This document shows positions 1-10,461 of a stretch of 64,000 nucleotides of DNA, piece by piece (the stretch's first letter is position 1; each line of letters begins with the position of its first letter). Origin of the DNA: Octopus sinensis (lineage: Eukaryota); the NCBI RefSeq assembly GCF_006345805.1, contig NC_043024.1:18228001-18292000 (forward strand), in the 5' to 3' direction. Under the pieces are notes generated by a model. That model had not been told where the DNA came from. It did no database searches and saw nothing but the letters and a program-made list of their open reading frames with translations. The position numbers and the translations under genes are program-made.

Positions 1-1223
1 CCTAACACACTCAACATCTCAACGGCAGCTGGCAGAAACCGATAGCAAATGAATATAACTCTTCCTCTAACAGATGCCCCAGTTGAGTGATATGACAAGT
101 GCCTTGCTTGGGTTTCAGCCATCTTAGTATTTTTGATAACTAGGCTTCTGCCTGGCCAGCTCATGAAATTTTTTTTCCACAAGAGTTCTGGACTCATTTG
201 CATACAGCCAATCAGATCTCAACTATCAAACTAACTTATAAGTGCATAACAAGTGATGGGTGATAAGATAAGGTCCCTTGGGTAAGGAATGACCATGCTT
301 GTTTTCTCTTTTAATAATCCTTGTTGTTCTTGTTCTTCTTTCAACCAACGCTGTCTCTGCATAGTTATTTGTGTTGTTGTTTACTTTCTAAAACATTAAG
401 GGGAGAGGGTTGCTAGCACATCACCCTCTACCCACATTTTTCCCATCCACATCTTTACCATATGGGGCCCTAACAAAATCTGATAATAGGTATAGATGTG
501 AATCTATCTAATTACTTGTCTCCTAAAAATCAGGCATAACTTGGTGATTGGTCAACTTACAATACCATTATTCATCTTGAGTTTATTTGGCAACAAGGTC
601 AAGGTGAGCTCTGATTGGCTGTATGCAAATGAGTTCATTACTCTCGTAGGAAAAAAAATTTTGCAGCTGGCTCTTGTTAAACCATCCCACCTATGTCAGC
701 ATGGAAGGCAGATGTTAAACAATGATGATGAAGATGATGATGTACACCACAACTAGAGATGAGGGCAGTAGTTCACTAACTGAATTAGTCGATCCAGTCA
801 CAAGTCACTTTGTTGTCTGTTCATCCACTCAGCCTCTAGAAATATATGCCATTGATTCAATCAGGCCATCATCGCCATCGTCATTCTTTAATGTTTGCTT
901 TCCATGCTGGGACAGGTTGGATGGTTTGACATAGAGCTGACAAGCACAGTAGTCTAGTATGTAATAAAATGTGTAAAAGCTTGACCGGGCTTAAAAGTCA
1001 TGTAAGGGCATCAATCATGGCATCAATCATGAATCATTTCAATAAGTCTTCTTGGCAATGGCTTTTCTCATGTAACAAGAATGCAGCTGTGGTGTATGTG
1101 TGTGTGTGTGTGTGTGTGCGTGTGTGTATGTCTTCCTTCACATCTACCATGCTGCATCCTCTGATTTCAACATACCCTGGCTCATATGATGACATTCTAT
1201 CTAACCCATAACTGGGTGTGACT

Positions 1224-1447
1224 TTAACCCTTTCGTTTCTGTTGAACTACCTTGCATTTCTTTCATTTAATTTTGAAAATAATAAAAGAATTTGGTGAAA
1301 TATCTCGGTCATTATTAATCTGGGTAAATGGAACATAAATTAACAAAGAATTTTAATGGGAAATTTTGATTTAGATCACTTAATATAGAAAGTTTGAGTC
1401 ATAAAAAGCAGGGGTGGTCTTGGGTAGGTTGGTAGCAAAAGGGTTGA
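1224..1447. mobile_element. piggyBac-like MITE (intact)
   Basis: ttaa|ccctttcg ... gcaaaaggg|ttga: CCCTTT-type TIRs with TTAA-like flanks. Interior is homologous to the split copy at 43968/51659. Confidence 0.6.
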
Positions 1448-2026
1448 ACAGCCTGCTGTTCTGGAGCTCTGGTCTGTGAGTTCCAGACTTTTGTGGAGTG
1501 TGAAATCACTTCTCAGCCACTTTTTTTCCCGGGTCTGTTCTGATAAATTCTTAATGGAATAGTTCAGCAGAGATGAATCATCTCAATATAAACCTGGAAG
1601 TAATAATCTGGCATTGCCATTTTGTAACAGTGTCTTTTACAATCTGTTCACTGTCCCATTCTGTACCACATTCCTTCATGTCTTTTACTGCGACACAACT
1701 ATAGCTTCTCTCAGTTAATATCCTCAACACAGAGTTATAAATTCCATCAAAGTTGTTTTTTTTTTTCTTTCTCTCTCTGTAAATACAATAAAGTCATAAA
1801 AACACTAAAAGCTTCCTCCTGTTTCCATAAATTGCTTGAAGTAAAGTAAAAGATTAAATATGATAAAAACTACAAACGCAGAGTGCAACTGTGTCAAAGG
1901 GTTATGAGAGGGGATTTCTTGGAGAATTCACTTTGATTTCTCTAGATGTTACATTCATAGATACATGCTTAAATATGACAAACACATAGCATCAATCACA
2001 AGTGAAAATGACTTGGTAGCACACAA

Positions 2027-2062
<36 letters not shown>

Positions 2063-2064
<2 letters not shown>

Positions 2065-2660
2065 GATGCATGGCTCAGTGGTTAGAGCATTGGGCTCACA
2101 ATCATGAGGTAGTGAGTTCAATTCCTAGACCAACCTCATCTTACTGAAATCGTCCCTGTACAAGGCTTGTACAGCTCTCATGAACTAGTCTATCCCTAGT
2201 TTCCACATTGACCACTCACCAGGTAAGGAATTGGGGTACTCTGTCAAAGGCTTTCTCCAAGTTAACAAGAGCCAAGTACAGAAGTTTATCTTTAGCTAGG
2301 TATTTCTCCTGCAGTTGCCTTACCAGAAATATAGCATCAGTGGTACTTCTACCTGGCACAAACCCAAACTGCATCTCATCTAGACTAACTCTCTCCCTAA
2401 TTAGTTGGGTTATGACTTTCTCTGCAACTCTCATCACCTGATCCAATATTTTGATACCTCTGTAATTATTTCTAAGGCATCACCTTTACCTTTACTTCAA
2501 CACCTGATGTGTGGCACACAGGGCACCTGTTCAGACAATGTCGATTTGATGGTGGGAGCTAATATGTGGCACGAACATTTGATCCCTATAAACAAGTCAT
2601 TTGTACAGGTCGTTCAGCAGAAAAGCTGAATGCTCATACGTCGTCTTCAACGGGAGTGTC
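2063..2660 (+). mobile_element. tRNA-derived SINE-D interrupted by an RTE fragment
   Basis: Head tggctcagtgg...gagttcaattcc (A/B-box-like, 2063-2132). Body 2500-2660 matches the body of the copy at about 37003-37280. Confidence 0.6.
2131..2500 (-). mobile_element. RTE-clade LINE reverse-transcriptase fragment
   Basis: Translation LDEMQFGFVPGRSTTDAIFLVRQLQEKYLAK...EKAFDRVP, typical non-LTR RT motifs. Confidence 0.9.
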
Positions 2661-3054
2661 TGTTATTATTATGTGTGTGTGCCTGTCTGTGTTTGTCCCC
2701 CACCGCTACCACTCAACAACTGGTGTTGGTGTGTTTACATTCCCATAACTTTGCAATTTAGTAAAAGAGATCAATTGAATAACTACCAGGATTTCAAAAA
2801 TAAGTTCTTGGCAGGAGGGAGTCAATTCATTTGACTAAAAATTCTTCAAGGCGGTAGTGCTCCAGCATGGCCCCAGTCTAATGACTGAAACAAACAAACA
2901 AATAAAAGAAAAGACAAGAGATATCCACCCAAAATATATTTAAAATATGCCAGGTATTCCAGTGATGCCAACACAGATTTGCATGGTACCCGGCACCAGT
3001 GACCTGCTGATGCAACTCTGTTCTGTCTGCTGGTGACAGGAATGGTTAAATTAT

Positions 3055-3615
3055 CACCATATTTTAACATGTATAAGGAACCCCTATTTTGGTGGGGGGT
3101 GGGCTTAAAATTTGGCAGACGACTTTGCAAGAGATTGTAATACTAACTATGTATAAGAAGCTCCCATATTTCTTATACATAGGCGCAAGAGTGACTGTGT
3201 AGTAAATAGCTTGCTTACCAACCACATGGTTCCCAGTTCAGTCCCACAGCATGGCACCTTGGGCAAGTGTCTTCTACTATAGCTTCGGGCCGACCAAAGC
3301 TTCGTGACCGGATTTGGTAGATGGAAACTGAAAGAAGCCTGTCGTATATATGTCTGTGTTTGTTCCCCCAACATCACTTGATAACCAATGCTGATGTGTT
3401 TACGTCCCCGTAACTTAGCGGTTTGGCAAAAGAGACCAATAGAATTAGTACTAGCTTACAAAAAGTAAAGCCTGGGGTCGATTTGCCCTACCAAAGGCGG
3501 TGCTCCAGCATCGCCACAGTTAAATGACTGAAACATGTAAAAGAGGAAAAGCGATATTTTTAAATCTAATTTTTGACAAAAAAAAAGGGTCCCTTATACA
3601 CATTAAAATACCATA
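3055..3615. mobile_element. pogo/Tigger-like MITE with a nested SINE-A (about 3181-3550)
   Basis: Imperfect inverted ends caccatattttaacatgtataaggaaccc and gggtcccttatacacattaaaataccata. Confidence 0.55.
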
Positions 3616-4489
3616 ATCTGTCTAGCTAAAAATACGCAGAAGCGCTTTGATTAATTAATTAATCCCCTATATTTTACATGTATGTATGTACTTTTGAATA
3701 TTTATATGTATATATGTGTATCTGTGTGTGTATGCTTATGATGCGTGTACATATTACATAAACTGTGGATCACTTAAGTTCTGTGATTTACGACATTTGT
3801 CGCTCTACTGTTCTTGACATTAAAGAAAACAGAAATGATCAGGAAGAAGATTATAAAATTTTCTGCACCTCTTTTAGCCATTAGAAATCAGTTTATTACC
3901 GAACAAACAAGTTTGGCATTTAAAAGACTTTGCTTATCACCAGCTATAACAACAGCAGTGGCAACATTAACAGCAACAACAATAACAACATTAGTAGTAG
4001 TAGTAATAGTAGTAGTAGTAGTAGTAGTAGTAGTAACTACATAACAGAAATATGAAGGACAAATGCTCAAACTTAAACAAGGAAACTGCTTTTGTTTGTT
4101 TGTTTTTCCTTTCTTTTTATTATATTTATTTCTTATCCGAAACCTGCATTCTTGAACAATTGACTGATTGGCCACCATTATTGATGCGAGAGACAAATTT
4201 ATCTGCTAATCACTGGTTCCTGATCTTCTCGCTAAGGAAATATAACGGTGTGAAAGGGTGGTGGAATGGTGTGGATCCTGATGCTATCCGTCACCAAAAA
4301 CAATGCAAATAATTTCCTGTTACTTTGTCAGATCACTCCGTTCGTAATTTGTCCTCGCTGCCACCATCACCACTGCCACTTTCGTTTATAGCCCTTTATT
4401 TCTGTTACAAGCTTTATGTCTCTCTGTCTGTCTCTCTATCTATCTGTGTATCTGTCTCTCTATGTTGCTTTCTGTCTGTCGATTTGTTT

Positions 4490-4630
4490 GTCTTACTCTC
4501 TACTCTCTCTCTCCCTCCCTCATTCTCTTCCTCCCTCCCTCTCTCCCTCCCTCCCTCCCTCTCTCCCTCCCTCCCTCTCTCTCTCTCCCTCCCTCTCTCT
4601 CTCCCTCTCTCTCCCTCTGTCTCTCTTCTT
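4490..4630. repeat. (CT)n/(CCCT)n polypyrimidine tract
   Basis: Direct reading; (GGGA)n on the minus strand. Confidence 0.9.
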
Positions 4631-4907
4631 TACTATCAGTGTGTAAAGAAGTAAGTATGACTGTGTACAACAGTGTGGTACTAGGTTCAATTTTACTGTA
4701 TGGCACCTTCGCCTTCTATTATAGCTTGTGGTTGATTGGTTGATCAATACCTTGCAGATGGAATGTACCAGCCAGAGATTATGCAAGAAGCACATTGTGT
4801 GTGTGTGTGTAGGTACATATATTTATATATGCGTGTGTGTGTTTGCATGTTTTGAGTATATATATATTATATATATATATATATGTGTATATATGTATAT
4901 ATGTATA

Positions 4908-4992
<85 letters not shown>

Positions 4993-5002
4993 GTATATAT
5001 AT

Positions 5003-5303
5003 ATCACCGTGACCGACCAGGTCATCAGATGTTGTTACACATAGCTGGTCACAATGCGCTTCGCATTGTTTTAGCCTTCAAATGACGCCACCCCGCTGGC
5101 TAAGCGAGCAGGCCAACAGAAGAAAGAGTGAGAGAAAGTTGTGGCGAAAGAGTACAGCAGGGATCGCCACCACCCCCTGCCGGAGCCTCGTGGTGCTTTA
5201 GGTGTTTTCGGTCAATAAACACTCACAACGCCTGGTCTGGGAATCGAAACCGCGATCCTACGACCGTGAGTCCGCTGCCCTAACCACTAGGCCATTGCGC
5301 CTC

Positions 5304-5306
<3 letters not shown>
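5003..5306 (-). mobile_element. tRNA-derived SINE-C
   Basis: Minus-strand head ggaggcgcaatggcctagtggttaggg...ggtttcgattccc followed by a non-tRNA body and tail; flanked by (TA)n. Confidence 0.85.
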
Positions 5307-5355
<49 letters not shown>

Positions 5356-5579
5356 TGTATATATTATATATATGTATATATATATATATGTATATATATA
5401 TACATGTATATATATATATATACATGTATATATATCTATATATATACATATTATATATATATACACATCTATATCTATTTATATATATATATATGTATAT
5501 ATATGTATATATATGCATATATCTATATATATATATATATATAATATATATATATATTATATATATATATGTGTATATC

Positions 5580-5635
<56 letters not shown>

Positions 5636-5946
5636 TCATGTATGTATATATACACACACACACACACATATATATATATATTTATGCATATACATGCAAT
5701 TGTTAACATAATTTCCTGTGAATTATATATATAATAGATGACAGGTCTACTTGCACCAATGGCTAACTGTATTGATAGTAATGTCCTGAACCCTTAGAAT
5801 AGTGACAGATGGGTCGTTGGGGGGGTGGCAGATTCTTTGACAAAGTCAAATACAGTTGATGCCATAGCAAAGTGTTAAACTACTGAATAATTCAATTCTC
5901 CAATGTTCACACTGATGTATAAACATTGTCTCAGTGTTAGGCTACG

Positions 5947-5980
<34 letters not shown>

Positions 5981-5983
<3 letters not shown>

Positions 5984-6735
5984 GGCATAGGAGTGGCTGT
6001 GTGGTAAGTAGTTTACCCCTTTTTTTAGCTACCACCTCAGCAGCAAGATCAGGCTCAAGAAACAGTAATTGTCACATGAGAAATTCGGGAAGAGATGGAA
6101 GCCTGTGGTAAGAAAGCTGGGAGTGATTGGCACCAAGTAAGTGGAGCCCTGGAAGACTGGAAGAAAAGCAAAGGCCCTACCCTGATGTCGGATGCCTTTC
6201 CTTCGGTGTCACGTTGCATAACGCAACGTATTTTATTCTATTTTATCCTTAATTATTCACCTTTTACATATTTTTAATCGATTCATAACAACGCTTTAAG
6301 CTACTTCACCATTCTATGTTTGTCTGTCCATGTTTGTCCCCTCTGTATTATGCCTACATGGCAAATCTATTGAAATAAAGTAGTTTGCTTACCAACCACT
6401 GGTAAGTCCCACTGCATGGCACCTTGAGCAAGTGTCTTCTACTATAGCCTCGGGCCGACCAAAGCCTTGTGAGTGGATTTGGTAGACGGAAACTGAAAGA
6501 AGCCCGTCGTATATATGTATGTGTATGTCTGTGTTTGTCCCCCCCCCCCCAACATCGCTTGAAAACCGATGCTGGTGTGTTTACATCCCCGTAACTTAGT
6601 GGTTTGGCAAAAGAGACTGATAGAATAAGTACTAGGCTTACAAGAATAAGTCTTGGGGTCGATTTGCTCAACTAAAGGCAGTGCTCCAACATGGCCACAG
6701 TCAAATGACTGAAACAAGTAAAAGAGTAAAGAGTA
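5981..6735 (+). mobile_element. SINE-A interrupted at 6015-6377
   Basis: Head aggcataggagtggctgtgtggtaag, core ggcaccttgagcaagtgtcttct, tail ggtgctccaacatggccacagtcaaatgactgaaacaagtaaaagag. Confidence 0.85.
6015..6377 (+). mobile_element. 5'-truncated Tx1/L1-like LINE 3' end with 9-bp TSD
   Basis: TSD aagtagttt at 6006-6014 and 6378-6386. Translation YHLSSKIRLKKQ*LSHEKFGKRWKPVVRKL aligns with YHLKRKVRIEREVLSNERFNKWWVNVARKV of the element at 60315-60975. Confidence 0.7.
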
Positions 6736-6744
6736 TATATATAG

Positions 6745-6920
6745 TGTTTGGTGGAGTATCCTCTGTAGTCTTAGGCAGGTATTCTCTCTATTTAGTGGAG
6801 TTTTGTGTCTCTGTAGCATTCGCAGGGTGTATTCTGTGTAGCTTCCAGGATCTGATGGGTATTCTCTGTAGTGTTTAGTCGGGTATTGTCTGTTTTAAGC
6901 TGGTGTGTGTTCTCTGTAGG
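6745..6920. repeat. Degenerate minisatellite, unit about 22-25 bp
   Basis: About 7 units resembling gggtattctctgtagtgtttagt. Confidence 0.5.
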
Positions 6921-7374
6921 TGCAGACATGGTTGTGTGGTAAGAATCTTACTTCCGATCCACATGGCTCTGTGTTCAGTTCCACTGCATAGCACCTTGGG
7001 CAAGTGTCTTCTACTATAACCTCGGACCAACCATAGTCTTGTGAGTGGATTTGGTAAATGGAAACTGGAAGAAGCCCATCGTATATAAACTATATATGTG
7101 TGTGTTTCTGTATCTGTGTCTGTCCCCAACACTGCTTGACAATTGTTGTTGGTGAAGTTACATCCCCATGACTTAGCAGTTTGGCAAAAGGGACCAATAG
7201 AATAAGTAAGGCTTTAAAAGTAGAAAGTCATAGAGTTTAATTCATTCAACTAAAAATTCTTCAAGGTGATGCCCCAACATGGCTACAGTCTAATGCCATG
7301 ATTCCCAACCTGGGGTTCACAGACCCCTGATGGTCCACAAAGGTAGTACTAGTGATCTGTGAACTAAATTCAAA

Positions 7375-7411
<37 letters not shown>

Positions 7412-7690
7412 AAAGGATGTGTTATAACACTGTTCCACAGCTATACGAACAATCCAACATACCTCCATCATCAGCTACCTCACGGATATCATTATGGTTT
7501 CGACACCTGGGCAGTACCATTCGATCCAGCAGTGTCAACAACACTAAAATAAGTGTTGTTTGAGAACAAATATACCAAAAAAAGTATAATCATATTAAAA
7601 GGGGTCTGTGGGAAAACTCATTTAAATAAAAGGGTTGGAAACCACTGTGAAAAGGTTAGGAACCACTGGTCTAATGGGTGAAACAAATAA
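6918..7690 (+). mobile_element. SINE-A with a hAT MITE inserted in its tail
   Basis: Same head, core and tail as other SINE-A copies; tail resumes after 7668. Confidence 0.75.
7296..7668. mobile_element. hAT-type MITE
   Basis: TIR-like ccatgattcccaacc / ggttaggaaccactg with a perfect 8-bp TSD GTCTAATG (7288-95 and 7669-76). Confidence 0.85.
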
Positions 7691-8414
7691 CAAAACAAAA
7701 AACATATACATACATATTCATTCATCCATTTTATGTTCATTTTTCCATAGTAGCATGAGTTAGATGATTATGTATTAAAGCATTGCTTTCTAGCTAGGTA
7801 TCTCTACACCTTACCAGTTTTAGCATGCATGTTCAAAAGCACAGAGCCAGCAGTTGATTTGTTGACAGGAACAGCACCATTTGTAGCTCAACAATTTGGG
7901 AAAAAAATCATTAATGTAAATATTCACACAAATACAAAAATATAGTTTATATTGGCATACTTCCTCAGAAATAGTGATACTTGCATGTGTGTATATAAAT
8001 TATGTCTGCAGACACACAAACATGTCATTGTCATCATCATATGTAACATCCCTTTATCTATGCTGGTATGGGTTGAATGGTTTGACAAGAACAGACAAGC
8101 TAGAGGCCTGTGCCAAGCTCTATGTCCATATTTACATGGTTTCTTCATGCTCTTTCTAATGCCAAACAAAATAACTTTCTTTCTCCCATTCATTCTCCTC
8201 TTTTTATAGACTATCATAATAACACTTCCATGCTTCTGTCTTTTCATAATCTCTATGTGCAAGTGTCCAATTATCCTTCTGCTCACACCTCTCTCCCACA
8301 ACATCTCAGTTCTCACTGGTTTACTGCTTTGCAGTCTGGAAGAGATCATTGCCTTTTTTCCTCATGTTGTACAACATTGGCAGATCTCTTCTTTTCTGCT
8401 TCTCCCCCGGCTCT

Positions 8415-8620
8415 TTTACTCTTTTACTTGTTTCAGTCATTTGACTGTGGCCATGCTGGAGCACCACCTTTAGTCGAGCAAATTGACCCCAGGACTTATT
8501 CTTTGCAAGCCTAGTACTTATTCTATCAGCCTCTTGCCAAACTGCTAAGTTACGGGAATGTAAACACACCAGCATCAGTTGTCAAGCGATGTTGGGGGCA
8601 CAAACACAGACACACAAACA

Positions 8621-8672
<52 letters not shown>

Positions 8673-8830
8673 CAACAGGCTTCTTTTAGTTTCTGTCTAC
8701 CAAATCCACTCACAAGGCTTTGGTGGGCCCGAGGCTATAGTAGAAGAGACTTGCCCAAGATGTCACGTAGTGAGACTGAACCCAGATCCAAGTGGTTGGT
8801 AAGCAAGCTACTTACCACACAGCCACTCCC
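8415..8830 (-). mobile_element. SINE-A, full length
   Basis: Reverse complement of head, core, internal (CA/TA)n and tail. Further copies by eye at about 12085-12470(-), 15825-16240(+), 17353-17735(+), 18195-18590(-), 40518-40905(+), 41040-41410(+), 51795-52120(+). Confidence 0.85.
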
Positions 8831-8879
8831 ATAGATTTATTACTTAGCTTCTCTACTAGCTACCTGGTAAAATTCTCTG

Positions 8880-9890
8880 CTAAACTCATTCTTCCAAACC
8901 TGCCTCTCACTTTAATTCTCTGTCTACTTCCCTATCCTAATGTTACCATATCACTCTGGGTCTGGCTAGAATTTAGCACCAGTCATAGATTTAGTCTGTA
9001 ACCCTCAGTAGGTTGTCTTGTAAAAACTTCCAGCTGTCCTCCTATGCTATAAGTCTGTATCCCTTCTTCCTTTTTGTGAAATGCTCTGATTCATACATCT
9101 CTAAATCTTTGACTATTTGAAGGCTCCTTAAGCACCCAAGTCTTCTTTTGGTTTATGTCTCTGAGACCTTCTAACTCTAAGTCTTAAATTACTAATAACT
9201 AACCTATGTTGGATAGTATTCTTCACTAGGAAGGGGCTTTGCATTCACCAGCATCTATCCATCCTGTTTTCTGGTGAGAATGCAATCAATCTTGCTTGTG
9301 TGATTAAGTAACTGATAGGTGATTAAGTAACTGATAGGCTCCCTGAAGTTAGCATTGCAGATCAACAAGTTATTAGCATCACAGAACTCCAGTAGACTTG
9401 TTCCCACCTCATTTCTATAACCAAAGCCTTTACCTCCAAGTACACCACAAATTCCATGAAGCACTGCCCAACATGTCCAATGAAATCCCCAGCCACAATA
9501 ATAAAGTCTTTGTCATCCATCATCAAGATAATTTGTTAAAGGGTTTATAGAAATGGTCCTTCAGTTCCTCTGCCAGTCGAGTTTGTGAGGCATATGCTGA
9601 AATAAATTTTACTGTTGTATAAGTTAATACTCAGTTTAACAATCCTACTCTGACTACCATAATCACTTTATTTATCCATGTGCCTACACCTCCCACTTCT
9701 TCACTTCTATCTAATACGGAAAGTTTGGACCTCTGTTCTCTGCTCATGAGGAGTCTAGTAGAGGTTCCTTGCCATCTCACCTCTTGTACACAATACACAT
9801 TTACACACCTGCACTCTGGTATTTCAACAATCTCACTGGATTAAGCTTTCACTATTCCAATATTTAATGTGACAGCCTTGAAGATGTAGA
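8880..9890 (-). mobile_element. Decayed RTE-clade LINE APE-endonuclease region
   Basis: Broken frames give TLNIG...CVQEVRWQG, FISAYASQ, IIVAGDFIGHVG and GFGYRNEVGTSLLEFCDANNLLICN. Confidence 0.85.
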
Positions 9891-10367
9891 TTTTGAAAGA
9901 GTAAGTGATGGAACTGGGATATTGGTTTAAATTTCTGAAAAGAGGATATTTGCAAGTGCCTCTTTCTAGGTAAAGAGTTAATGAGTTTGACATTAATAGC
10001 ACAGCTATTTATTTCTCAATGTCTTAGTTATTTCCCTTAATTGCAGGAACATCAATTAATTGCAGGAACATCAATGCATGATATGTACACATCTTGTATA
10101 CACCTATGCCTAACATATAATCTGCATATACATAAATATACCACATACACACACATATGCCTCTCCTACATTGACATGTACACAAGGATGCATAAGTATG
10201 TCTATCTCACACATATGCACAAACATACCTACACATGGACACAAATGCATCATATATAAACATAGAAGCAGTGATGCTTATGCGTTGGCAGGGAAGAAAA
10301 AGATGCAAACCAATCACTGAGAAGGTGGTGAAAAGTGGGGAGGAGAAATGGGAATAAAATTACTACT

Positions 10368-10461
<94 letters not shown>

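Noticed and set aside
4100-4420. Promoter or first exon of syt7
   Set aside because: A CCAAT-like word and a few CpGs only; no transmembrane-coding start, and the C2A exons would be missing between here and 23748.
5236-5304. tRNA gene
   Set aside because: A and B boxes are present but no closing acceptor stem; it continues into a SINE body shared with 42170-42340.
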